Part shown: positions 37,965-50,609 of the stretch, piece by piece
How positions within the stretch are numbered: the stretch's first letter is position 1
Layout of the letters: every line of letters starts with the position of its first letter
From: Haliotis rubra
Lineage: Eukaryota
Assembly: GCF_003918875.1 (NCBI RefSeq)
Contig: NW_025767227.1
Coordinates: 310,001-374,000 of the forward strand
Length of the DNA: 64,000 nt
Reading direction: 5' to 3'
The notes under the pieces: model-generated
Told to the model about the DNA's origin: nothing
Seen by the model: the letters and a program-made list of their open reading frames with translations, nothing else
The model's database searches: none
Program-made: the position numbers and the translations under genes

Positions 37965-38180
37965 ACCCGTGAAGGTCCGGGTTAGAATTGATCTTCAGTA
38001 ACCCATGCTTGTCGTAAGAGGCGACTAACGGGATCGGGTGGTCAGGCTCGCCGACTGCGTAGATCGATGTTCATGCTGTTGATCACTGGATTGTCAGGAC
38101 CAGACTCGATTATATACAGACCGCCTCCATATAGCTGGAATATTGCTGAGTGCGGCGTAAAACTAAACTCACTCAATAGC
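37965..38180 (+). mobile_element. SINE-like family B (5' end intact, internal deletion)
   Basis: Perfect 14-bp TSD tcttgttgctattt. Confidence 0.92.
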
Positions 38181-39499
38181 TCTTGTTGCTATTTCTTAGA
38201 CTAGGATATATACCACCCCCTAACCCCAAACCAGCACCCTGTCATGGCAACTACGGCTGTGTGTGATGGGGCAAACGTCTAGATGCTATTTCATGCTGAC
38301 TTGCACTTACTCTGATGCTCCTCATCACGCAAAACAACTCGGCGAAACGTAACGGTGTACATGTGTGCAGATAGTTGCAGTAACGTTCGTAATTGTGTTT
38401 TGTCCTGATCATATCTGTAAAACTAAGAGGTATTCTTTCTGAAATCTTGCACACACAAACACCTTGCCGTTTACTTAGGGCTTTCGCTATTTAAGGATGT
38501 TTTAATTTTTTATTCGTCGTAATGACAGCAAGTGTGAGTTTGGAATTAGTCGTGTTCAGAGGACTCTCGTTTTGTACTTTGAGTGACCATGTATATCAGT
38601 CACAAGTACATGATATCACGCCAATGAGAAGATCAACTATAAAACGTACCGCGGACTGATTATAAAAAGCTGGAAGAATCATAAACGAAAACCAAAGCTA
38701 TGCGAAACGTTTGGCGTGTTTTTGAGGTAATCAGCCTTTGGTCCAGACCCGATTATCTACAAGCCTCCTTGCTATGGGTGTTTTATTCTCGAGCGAGCTA
38801 AACAATATTCATGTGCTGGATTCGAAACAGGGATTCTTGCCAGCTAAATGTAGAGCTTAACACCAATGCATATCAACATGCAGAGTACTGGGTCGTGTGT
38901 GTCACTCGTGGGCTACACACGTACATGCCAACCATCCAGATAGCTGCCACATATGGGGATGATAGGCCTTGAAGAAATATTTTCCTCACTTGCGTCTTCA
39001 CTCAATTAAATATGTCAATGTAAACAATATCCATTAACATTTGAAATGAATTGTGAGGGCCGTGTGGCTTATTTAACAATTGCACGAAGCAAAAGGAAAG
39101 CAATAATCCAGGAATTATGTTGGTTACTTAGGTTGGAGCAGGTTGTTATACCTTGTTGACAGATCATAAAGCTATATATCAGAAGACACGATCGTCATGC
39201 TATCTATAACAGCGAGGTCAGTGGCGGACATATGGTATACGAGGAGGAAGTACCAGTTGTGAAAGACGATTTCAGTATATCAAAGTTTATCAAGGTCATG
39301 GCCTGGCTTAAAACGGGAATACGTGGAATTGTGTGCATCTTTGTGTGTCAAAGACAATATTGTGTGGAGACATTGTGTGTTTTATTAATATAAGTCCATT
39401 GTGATGTATAACACAAATGCATGACCAATAATCAGACAGATCACCAGTCACAGTGACAATATCCGAATTAAAACTGGAATGTCCAAAAGGTACAAGACA

Positions 39500-39800
39500 C
39501 AGAAGTACATGTGTTCGACTGGGTTGAGATCTGATGGCCGGGTTAGCCACTCCTTGTGGACAATGGCGTCAACGACACTGGAACAATGTGTTCGCGTCCA
39601 TGAAGACGATGTCTGGTCGGAATGCATATGCATAGTGTCTCACATTGGGAATGCTCCCTATTGGACTGCAGATATGTCAGTGTGCCCAAATAAAGAAGGT
39701 TCTTTAAGTTCAACTGATCTTATCCCAAATTCTTATTGAGCACCTTCCGTAGAGAGATCCTCAGTCCAATCCAAACATGCGGTCAGTGGGAAGCGAATGC
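39500..39800 (-). pseudogene. Degraded Tc1/mariner transposase fragment
   Basis: EWLTRPSDLNPVEH resembles WPxxSPDLNPIE, and IVFMDAN in another frame resembles FMxDNA. Confidence 0.6.
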
Positions 39801-41440
39801 ACGCTCCTTGCATTACACAATAATAGATGACGATATGTCCGCACACAACGGGTGTGTGGTCGAAGCAAGCCCTGTGATTAGTCAACGCTTGTAAATCTTC
39901 ATATTTTCTATAAATTCGCAGGAATTTGTAATTTCATTGACTGCTTGCAATGGAAATGTAAAACTTTTTTTTCCCCCAACAATGGCTGCTCAAAAGAAAG
40001 CATCAGTTGTAAATGTCTCCTTAACAAGTATGAACCAACCAGAGGGCTTGCTTCAAGATCGTTTGGTTAAGAGTAAACATCGGGTTTCATTCGACTTGCA
40101 GAAAGAACAATAAAGAATTGGTAGGTGTCATGAGTGGTGCTCGATAGGCCAATCATCCATGATTGGGTGGGATGCACCGAAGTGTCCGGCCTTGTCATGA
40201 TGTATCGTACTGTGAAGCATTTCGAGACGGGGGTCATCTCAAATTTGTATTTATTTTTTTAAAAATATTTAATCCTCGCAAGACACGAGGGCCTGTGGCC
40301 TCACCTCCCGCCCACTATTAAGTCCGGGCTCCATCAATTACCACCACTATGATCCAATGTCCGGTCGAGGGAGCTTCATTGTATGTAATCAAGTAAACTG
40401 TTAAATCTGAAATGACTTGTATATAGTTGCTAGTTTGGAACACAAAAGAATTCATTATTCACATGGTATGGTAGATTTGAGTAACATTCATTTGTGTCTT
40501 ATATTACACGGTACGCGTGTAGGTAGCTGATGTCATTGAACTAACACTAACACAACAAAACATCATTACTTTAATCAGGCCACTATCCGTGCCATATTAA
40601 GTTCAATATACACTATTATTCAAAATACATGCATGGTGGTAGGACAATTGGCTATATTCAGCGTTCGAAATAACTGCCTGCCCGACCGCCCGAGACGGGT
40701 TATTTCCAACACGGACTGCCAGATTCTCAAATTCACCTGCCCGACGTCCGGGTTAAAATTTAGACATGTATATGAAGATATTGATCATATTTCAGGGTAA
40801 TAAATCATTATTAATTCACTCGTAAGAATAAATTATGAAATCCATTTGGATGATAAACTACTTCGCTTGTCAAACCTAAATTATTTGTGGGCAGGCATGT
40901 TTACATCTAACCAGCCCTGTGGTCTGGCTGAACTTTTTGGAGTTTCATACCCCGCAAAGTATATTTATGTACATACTAATTAAAACTCATTGTGTAAAGG
41001 GTAGAGGCGTGTATTTATTTATCTAGATAACTTTGCATTAGGTTAGCATTACGAGAAAACTAAGTTTATTTAACTGATCAATTACAGATTTGTTCTTAAT
41101 TTTAAAGTTTTAACATGTTTGGGTGAACATGTAAAAGTGGTGACAACAGTTTTTTTCTGAATTTGCTAAAGTAATTACAATTTAAAAGCGCATGATATTC
41201 TTCTCTTACGCAGTTATTCTGACATAGGTTCGTTCTATATAAAGGGTATATTATTCCATCCGAAATTGAATAAATCAAGCATTCTGAATAGTAGAGTCGT
41301 GTCCGAGCACCAAGGTGCTCTTGTAAAAAATTTTTTAAGAAAACAATTCTTTATGTGAACGATATCAGGTCTTACGTTTTGTTTGCAGACAAAACCCGTC
41401 GCCTGGATAATTGCAGCGATTTACACCTCTCCTGTGAAAA

Positions 41441-42575
41441 ATGCAGATCTCTCCAGAACCCATGTACGTCGTTTTGGGAAGTGTCGTTGCCATCGTCACC
41501 GTTGCTGTGTGGTACTACCGCCGTAACAAGTACACTCTTCCGGACCTTCATTACGTCGACTCCAACCTTCATCGACATATCTTGAAAACCAAACCTGGAT
41601 TTACCTCCCCTTACCGGCCGCCATTTTGGCTACAGAACAACCATCTTCATACGATTATAGCAACGTTCGTGCCAAAGCCCAAAGTGACTTTCAAGCGCGA
41701 GTACGTGGATCTTGATGACGGAGGTGTGGTTGCCTTGGACTGGGCACAGGGTGGCTCTAAACCTGTTTCAGACACAAGTACTATTCTCATTGTGGTGCCC
41801 GGGTTGACAGCGAGCGCTGACAATATGAGCGAACTTTGCAACATGGCGTTAAAGCGAGGTTACCGAGTTGTGGTATTCAACAAACGTGGACACGGGGACT
41901 CAGTACTGGCGACACCTAAAATGCAAGGGTTTGGTGATGCGAAGGATATGAGACACTGTGTGGAGTATTTACGGGACAAGAATCCCGCAGCAAAACTTGT
42001 GTCTGTAGGCTCCAGTGCAGGGTCGGGCCTCCTTGCCTCCTATCTTGGTGAATACGGAGCTGACTGTCATCTTGCAACAGGTGTGGCCATATGTCCAGCT
42101 TACAAAACTGTGGAATTCTTCACAAAACCCTTAAATTTGATCTACCAATTTCTACTTCTTTCGTCTGTGAAGAAAATCTTGAAGAAACATGCCAAGGTGT
42201 TGTCGCAATTGCTTGACCTTGATGCGGCGTACAACTCAAAATGTTTCATGGATTTCGATACCCACGTCTATTGCAAATTCTACGGGTATAAAGATGTGTT
42301 TGAATACTGGAAACATAACAATCCACTGAGAAATTATCTTAACATATCTGTTCCTATTATGTGCATAAGTAGCAAGGACGATCCCATTTCCCCTTGGCAG
42401 GAATATACCATTCCACTTGTTTCGTGAGAATTCGAACTGGCTGCTTGCGACAACATCCAAGGGAGGTCACTGCGGCTTCCTTGAAGAATCCACACTGACG
42501 CCTTGGTCCGACCGACTAGCTCTTGATTACATCGACGCTGTTCTGGAGTTCCAAGCTGCGGAGAATGAACTATAA
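41441..42575 (+). CDS. ABHD15: ABHD15-like alpha/beta hydrolase copy 2 (377 aa if one extra C in the C4 run at 42390-42393 is removed)
   Basis: Homology continues in the shifted frame through KGGHCGFLEES...DAVLEFQAAENEL* (TAA 42573-42575). Confidence 0.8.
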
Positions 42576-42620
42576 TTCACATAGGTGAATTCTATGAGTA
42601 TACGTTCTTATCAGTTTATC

Positions 42621-42787
42621 GGGGCGGTGGGGTAGCCTAGTGGTTAAAGCGTTCGCTCGTCACGCCGAAGACCCGGGTTCGAATCCCCAAATGGGTACAT
42701 TGTGTGAAGCTCATTTCTGGTGTCCCCCGCCGTGATATTGCTGGAATATTGCTAAAAGCGGCGTAAAACCAAACTCACTGACTCACT
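42621..42787 (+). mobile_element. SINE family A just after the ABHD copy 2 stop
   Basis: Near-consensus; TSD tcttatcagtttatc. Confidence 0.93.
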
Positions 42788-43376
42788 CTTATCAGTTTAT
42801 CAATGCTTACCTTCCCCATCGTCAATACAGTCACCAATCTTGGTAAGAAATTTAATGCTATTCTGTAGGATTTGATGGGTGTAATTTGCGGTTCTGTGTT
42901 CACAAACCAATTAAAAACATATACTAAGGGAACCAAATATAGGAACACATGAACGTACAATCGCTCCTTTATGCTTTTCCATAATTTTCCTCAATTCTGA
43001 GAAAATATAAAGGAATACTTCGATGTAGTGGTGTTCCCTTATTTGTCTCCGTCAGTATATATTTGTTCCACATCCACTACCGGCCAACGGTTAACTGTTT
43101 GACTAATGTTTGGGATAATTAGGCCGGTGTTGCCATCTTGCGTTAAATGACGTCATTGGGTACTTATATATCGGCGGTATGATTGTGGTATTGACTTAAT
43201 CGGCAATCTGGGAGGTGCAGTTATATACGCTCAGTGCAGATTTACACTGCACACATGCCGATATATTTTTTTCATTGTTTATGACATCAACAATTTACTC
43301 AAAAAAGTTCTTCAAATATTTTTTCATGTCGTTATTTATCTAGTATTTATTTGCTCTCTCCTTCATGACCTGGTAC

Positions 43377-43528
43377 GGCGGGGCATCCTTGTGGTTAAAG
43401 CGTTCACCAGTCACGCGGAAGAGCCAGGTTGGATTTCCAACAAGTGTACAATGTGTGAAACCCATCTTTGGTGTCTCCCACCGTGATATTGCTCAAAGAG
43501 GCGTAAAGCTTAATTTACTCACTCACTC
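43377..43528 (+). mobile_element. SINE family A (old)
   Basis: Diverged family consensus. Confidence 0.75.
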
Positions 43529-43680
43529 ATGACAAACATAAAGTTCGGGCTACGTTGGTGATGCACGTCTGTGATGCACTCCCCATCCTGTCTCCAATAA
43601 TGGTGGAATGTTACATTACACACTGCTCGGGAAGCAGCGGATCATTCATGAAATGTCCTTGTCACATTCAATTTCATCTC

Positions 43681-43686
43681 AATAAA
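43681..43686 (+). terminator. Candidate poly(A) signal, ABHD copy 2
   Basis: Homologous context to copy 1, followed by a GT-rich tract. Confidence 0.6.
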
Positions 43687-43810
43687 GTCAGCTGTTGCTT
43701 GTTGTCACGCTTGTTTGTATTTAATGGGCCGGGTCCATCCTGTAGGAAGGTTGAACACTAGATTGCATCATCTCTGTTCCTCTTACGATGAGAAACACAC
43801 GATCCTTTGA

Positions 43811-44336
43811 ATTCGTTGGTATCACATTAATTTTCGACTCGCTGTGCGCATGCGTAGAGCGTGTAAAAATATCCAGTGGTCAACTTCCGGTTTGGTCGTA
43901 TTAGCGATATTGTAAACACACTCTAAATAAATGCTGTATGAATATTATTTACGCGTGACAACTGTTCATAGTTGAGTACATACATCCACTTGCCTATGCT
44001 TTTCAATAATTGATGTCCTATTTTGGTGGCAACTGCATCAGAGATGTGTTTTTTTACTTGTGAGAAGGGGATGTGCAGGAAGGACGGTGGACGGGTGGTG
44101 GTGAGATGTGTTTATACAAGAGCATGTTAACAAACGTTAAGCTATTTATTTAACTGATTCCGGTCCCTTCCATTCATAAATAAATTGAGATCAGTTAAAT
44201 TCGACATAAAACCATATATTTGTTTTGATGTTTGCTTTCTTTAGAGTGTGTTTACACTATCGGTAAAGCTTACGACCAAACCGGAAGTTGGCCCGTGGAT
44301 ATTTTTACACGCTCTGCGCATGTGAAACCAACGAAT
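43811..44336. mobile_element. MITE with about 100-bp imperfect TIRs
   Basis: agagcgtgtaaaaatatcca...caacttccggtttggtcgta...gtaaacacactctaaa is mirrored at 44240-44336. Confidence 0.85.
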
Positions 44337-45051
44337 ACTCATCCAATCAAATGACACTGATGGGCTAGAGGAATTGTGTGCTAAAATCTCTGATCTCTGA
44401 GATTTGGTGGCAACGTGATCTATGGTATTTCTAGTAAGATAAGTCAGATATGATAAATGGATCATGGAGGGTGGAATATGTCTGTTAATCTCTTCCTCTT
44501 TCGTGAAGAAAGTACTCATCTTTGTAAAATGTCAGCCAGTCAGATAAACACACTTCATGCATATCATTCAGTGGCTTGTATAAATACCAGGAGAATGGTA
44601 AGCACCGCTTACTATGTTATAACGAAAAACGTTTGTTTGTGTTTACAAAATGACATTTTCGAATTGAAATACAAAAACTTGAAACGATTATATTATCCAT
44701 ACTACATTGAGATGGTATATGGTGTTATCCTAAATGTCCGGGTTTGATACAATTTCTGCTGGACTAGTGTGAGTCAGTACTTGTGCTCTGTAGACTGGCA
44801 TATTGGTTTGTTAACTTCTTTGAGCGCCATTAAGGAATTGGTGTGATACAAATTCTGTATTATTAATATAAGTGACGGTTCGATGTAGCTCGCTGGATAA
44901 CGGTGTGAGTAGCTACACCGAAACGTCAGTCATATTAATAAGATGAATATCCATAGAACTCTCACCGTTGTTTATTGGTTTGTTGCTTAACGTGACGTCA
45001 CGCTCCACAGTATCCCAGCTGCACGACGGCAGTAAGGAATCCGTTGAGCCT

Positions 45052-45201
45052 GGGCCCCGTTTCACAAAGCTCTCGTAGGCCTAAGATCTCGTCACTTTTC
45101 TCGTAGCATTCGTACTCCCTATGTTACAGTATTAGAGGTACGAATGCTACGAGAAAAGTGACGAGATCTTAGGCCTACGAGAGCTTTGTGAAACGGGGCC
45201 C
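45052..45201. mobile_element. Hairpin MITE with perfect 64-bp arms, inserted in an old family-B SINE
   Basis: 45052-45115 is the exact reverse complement of 45138-45201; GGGCCCC termini in a CTG context (PIF/Harbinger-like, inferred). Confidence 0.9.
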
Positions 45202-45236
45202 TGGACTATACCATACATTGTATGAGCATCGATCTG

Positions 45237-45510
45237 TCATCTGCATAGAGCAAATCTACCTAGAACCTGTAACATTAAGCACATTTCATCATCTATACAT
45301 TCGGTTTGAGCTCCCCTGGAGCCTGCTTTGTAAAATGGAGGAGACTCAAGGTCATTTATAAATGATGAGAATAAGAGAGGTGATAGGTTTCCTGAAACCT
45401 GATTGAGATGACGATGTATAATGGTTTCACTTTCTGTAAATTTAGTCAGTCGATCATTCAAAATACTTGTAAATAGTTTTCCAAAGCAACTTATACACAT
45501 CTGAACTACA
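45237..45510 (-). mobile_element. LINE reverse-transcriptase remnant with internal deletions
   Basis: ISCFGKLFTSILNDRL and GNLSPLLFSSFINDL motifs. Confidence 0.8.
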
Positions 45511-46386
45511 ACCGCCACTTAAATAAAGTTCTAAACAAGCGAAGAAGATGAACACTCTATTATAACAATGTTTTGAAAAGAAATCTATCTACTCCCGACA
45601 TGGATTATCCTTCCCGGCACCGTATCTTTAGCTTTGGCGGTACTTCCTTGGAAATTAGCTCTCCCGATAAATCCGAAATATATTTTTTTGCCTTCCCGGG
45701 ACTTCTGAAAAATAAATTGTAGCCTTCCCGGCACGACACCCGACATTTACATATTGTTGGGATGTAAATCTGACGGGTGTATGTCTAGAGGATAATTACC
45801 CAGTCCCCCAGTCTGACAGTAGTCTCAATAACAATATAAGACAATATGTATGCGTGCGTGCGTGTGTATGTACGTGTGTGTAAAATGAATGCTTGATTGG
45901 GGTAGCTTGTATTTTTGCTGTATACGCAAAGCAAATCATAAGCACCTTTAAATCCTTCCGTTGCTAAGTCTATATCTATATTTTTCAGACTGAATCGTTC
46001 AGATAACCAACACAAATATTTTCACTCAAAAGACCAGAGTGATGATGCAGTTAAGACTTTGAAGATGATGTCCCAAATCCTCTGACATGTGCGTGCGCCT
46101 AACGAACACATTTCCCACAAATGTCACCACTTGCAGTGTCAAGTTTTAAGTTCTTCTTACCAGTGGAATATCCGCCCCTGCTAAACATAACGTAACTGGT
46201 TCCAGTAGACTGGCAAGTACGTATCGTCGATGACTCATACAGTGATTTCAACAACTGACCTTTTCATTTTATTACTTATTATTCTTCGTGTATATCGAAG
46301 AAAGTATACTTTATATTGATATAAATCCTTCTTAACATATTTGTTGAGGTATGTAGTCGGCTGGGCTTGTCATGTAAACACACCAA

Positions 46387-46447
46387 CCCGTGAAGATCCG
46401 GGTTAGAATTGGTCTTCAGCAACCCATGCTTGTCATAGAGACGACTC
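46387..46447 (+). mobile_element. Family B 5' head only
   Basis: acccgtgaagatccgggttagaattggtcttcagcaacccatgcttgtc. Confidence 0.8.
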
Positions 46448-47133
46448 AAACCGAGCCACGAGTCTCATTAACCAATTCAGACAATGACCTACTTTTCACC
46501 CGATCCGAATTTTTCGTGTGAATGTGAAAAGAGACACTACAAACAACTATGGTTACACTAAATTGCAATTCCTTGTTTCATAAGAAAATAGTATTTACAA
46601 ATTAATATTTTAATTTTATAGTTAAAAAAATTGTATTTCTATATTTTATGTTGAGTTTAAGGCAGCATGTCAGTAATTAAGACGTCAAAGACTGACCCTG
46701 TTTGAAGAGGTCGTACAACGATTCACAATTCATATGGCTCACTGGTTACACCTATGATGTGTTCCGTGCGCTTATTAAGTGTATTTTCGTAACGTACAAT
46801 GTGATTGATATAATATCAAGTACGTACCAGACCGCCAAACGTTTCTAGCGGGAGAGCCTCGTTTAGAGATTTCCACGATTTCCAGGTTTCCGTTTGTCAG
46901 AGGTCGCTGTACGACAGAGCACGCTGCACGACCTGTTTGCAAGGATTAGAAGGAGCGTAGTGTTGCAATATACAAGTAATTAGGTGTATCAAATAATACT
47001 GATTAACATTTATAGATCCAGTTGAATGAGTTGGCCTCAAAATTACGGACTGGTTATTGTACTAAGTTGCGCAATAGGACGGAACCCAGTCAGATGGAAA
47101 CGAGACTGTTGTGTAATCAATGGTTTGACTTGT

Positions 47134-47305
47134 CGGGATCGGGTGGTCAAGTTCGTTGACTTGCTTGACATGTCATCGTATCCCAATTGTATAGATCGAT
47201 GTCCATGCTGTTTATCACTGGTTTGTGTGGTCGATTAAGTACAGACGGCCGCCATATAGCTGTAATATTTCTGAGTGCGACTTTAAACAACAATCAATCA
47301 ATCAA
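47134..47305 (+). mobile_element. Family B 3' part (diverged)
   Basis: cgggatcgggtggtca...gccgccatatagctg...(CAAT)n. Confidence 0.75.
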
Positions 47306-48050
47306 TGTAAACACACCTGTCCTATTGACGGGTCAACAGTCCACATGTTATCTGATGCTGTTCTCACTAACGTAAGGCCATCAGTCAATGAGGTGCGAAA
47401 GTCAGACGTGTCACACCACCAGATAGTTCGTGATATAAACAGTTAATGTGGTGGTACAGGGTGAACTGTCACGCTGCCTGCAGGCCCCGATACAGGTTGG
47501 TATCACTTGTGTGTTACACTCTCTACTTTCGGTTTAACGCCGCTAAAGCGACGCACGTGTTATATTTAGGATTACATTTTCTCAGTGAAGTAAAAACTTT
47601 AGTTCTGTCTGGTTTGAGCCCTTTTCGGCATTTAAAACACACTCTCAGAGTGAGTCAGCAAATCGCCGGCACTCACAGTTTGCCATCTATCCCACTCAGC
47701 CTTCGAGCTCACACAAAGTGGAACATACCGATGCGCACTTTGTAAATCACTCTGAAGAAAACATGTACTTTACTAAGAAAGTGTATTCTTAAGTATAACT
47801 TGTGACAACTTCCTAAAAGGGAGTATGCATTAATATATAACTGCGGTCTTAAAATAATCAAGTCTGGTCTAGTGATTGATATCATAAGCATCAATCTACG
47901 CAGTTGTGAAACGATGACATTATCCAAGTTAGCAACATTGAGTTTCTGATCCCTGTTTAGTCGCTTATTAGGAGAATCACGTGTTTAGATAAGCGATGCC
48001 ATGTCTACAATAAAACAAAAGCTTACCTGTGCTAGTGTAAAGGTAATTTT

Positions 48051-48216
48051 GGGGGTGGGGTAGCCTAATGGTTAAAGCGTTGGCTCGTCACGCCAAAGAC
48101 CCGGGTTCGAATCCCCACATGGGTACAATGTGTGAAGCCCATTTCTGGTGTCCCCCGCCGTGATGTTGCTGGAATATTGCTAAAAGCGGCGTAAAACCAA
48201 ACTCAGTCAGTCAGTC
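48051..48216 (+). mobile_element. SINE family A
   Basis: Family consensus; TSD gtaaaggtaatttt. Confidence 0.93.
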
Positions 48217-50257
48217 AGTAAAGGTAATTTTCAAGTTCATGAAATGTTAAAAAGTTCAGTGTTGCCACACCACAGCCATAATAGCTAAAACAATTGGCCA
48301 AAGGAGAATCCATTATGTACCCCTTTAAGTGGACCACTCGCAAACGGGCAATGTCAAGGACGAAAGTGGGACAAGTTATCATGAATGATAACGGTGATAC
48401 CTTTTGAATTAACAGCCGTTATTCACATTCAAGATACGTGCACAATTCTGATCTGCACTGGGTCGGTTGTCAATACTGTTTATTGTTTCCATTTATTGAT
48501 AAATAGACCAATACTAAATATTATAAGACGAAAACGAAGATTATTGTCGTGAAAACAGCTATCAATTGTACATGTATCTATAAATTCCAATGAAGTAATG
48601 TTTACTCAATTAAATGGACGATGTTAAATGCTAACAACACTTTAAATCCCAATGAGTATGGGAACCCGCTTTATATTCCATTGTTCTAAAATCGCCGTTC
48701 TTTATGAAAATACCTGATAAATTTTATTACTTTCATTTGTGCTAAGGGTTCAAATTTTGAAGTGAACATTTTAATGAATAGTTCTTTTTAATGGAATAAT
48801 TATGTACCGTTAATCTACGAAGCGATCTGTCTCTTAAACAATATTTCAGCAGACTCTCATTTATCATCATCATCATCATCATCTTTCAATATTTCCGATA
48901 ATATTTGTGTTATTTTACAACAGCGAAACAATGCACAATACAAATGCTTGAAATATATTCAACATGTACTTTATTCATGCTATGCTTCACAGATTGGTTA
49001 TGACATTGTATTTCCTTATTGAATGCATTATAACATAAATTTTATCTTCGTCCAAGGCGATTCAAGATGTAAAAACTGACGAAAGACGCTAGTGACTCTG
49101 AACTTTGTCATGCTAAATATATTTATTTTCTAATAATTAATGCAAAATGAAACAAAGGTATTGATAGAAATGCGGTACAGACGATATGAAGGGGAAACAT
49201 TGCGCGTAAGGAAACTGTAACTTTGATGTACAATGTACTGCAGTAGAGCTCGTCTGACGACGGTACATGATCAAAGGGAAACCACTCCCAACTAGATTAT
49301 GAAGTAATATTAACTGCCCCTGATACAAAAGGTCACGGTCACTACCATAGCCTGTCGACACCATAATGCTTTCATCCTTCCCAAATTATCCAAAAGGTAG
49401 GTGTTTTCACCCTATTTCAGGTCAGACGTCAATCAAATTTGAATTTTAGGCTATCGACTCCCAAGGTATGAGAATCGTAATCGCAAAAACAATATTTCTG
49501 AGGTGAAATCTCTGATGCTTTCTTCGTGTGCTCGAAGGGTCGATTTGAATTCCAAAGTTAAAATGTCACATTTTCAACATAAAGCAGATTATTAATTTTT
49601 TTATTATGCCGCCCTTTGGATAATATAATATAATCTGTGTGGTACGTGTTTTCTTATATTTACGACAATCTTACGATATCTAAGGGCGAGGACAGTTTCA
49701 AAACACGCTACCACAGTATACGACTTCCTCACAATACTTTTACTATTGAAAACAACTTTGTAGGATGATGAATAGCTAGTTTTATGACTCCCTTGGTCGG
49801 GTAACAGGGGAGACTGGCAGCGTCGCGTTACCAAAGTCGTCAACGAGAGAGTACACATATTAACATGATAGTTCTTTTAAACAGCTTTTCCAGGGAGGCG
49901 TTTCAAATGTTAAAACAGATGTTGTTGGGTACAGGGTATTCATTACCTTTTATTGCATTGACGTTTAATGCATTGACATTTAGGAGACTATCCCAATTTT
50001 GAGTTATTTTGCCATTCATCGTTATTATCAGCAGACTATGCTGATGCCCCAAGTAACAATACTTACCTTACATACCTCGCTGAACGATTGCAAAGTATGT
50101 CTTTATACCATAATCTTATTTGCAACTGCGAAAAGGCGACTCTTAGGGGAAGAATACGGAAAATATTTGCCGGATATGGATTGTGGAGTAGGACAGTTAT
50201 AATGTGGCAGTGTAACCTTTAATAAAATCACATCTGTAAAGGTGATGCACTTCATTG

Positions 50258-50258
50258 A

Positions 50259-50303
<45 letters not shown>

Positions 50304-50310
50304 TACTACC
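50258..50310. repeat. (TAC)n microsatellite
   Basis: Direct inspection. Confidence 0.95.
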
Positions 50311-50609
50311 TGAACGATACGTTGGAATGAAATCGTCTCAATGGTGATTGTAAACATGGTCGCATATGTCGGGTTAGGATGACAATCACTCAAGTCACCG
50401 ACCCTGAGCACATCCTATTTTGTCGACCTTGCGGCATACACGGAAGTATTATTCTTAAGTTCGTGAAACCTAGATACATCATAATACAATGTTATAGCAG
50501 TTTCTTGGCAACACAAGCTAGCAGTTTCTGTGTGAAAGATAGTACTGTTTATTTGCAGCTGTCCCGTGCCTTGGAGGAAGAAAGTGATTTAGACGATCTA
50601 CTGTCGAAA

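Noticed and set aside
37965-38040. Canonical HDV-like, twister or pistol ribozyme call for the family B head
   Set aside because: No space for the HDV P3/L3, and the twister and pistol core nucleotides were not found; kept only as an unclassified structured RNA candidate.
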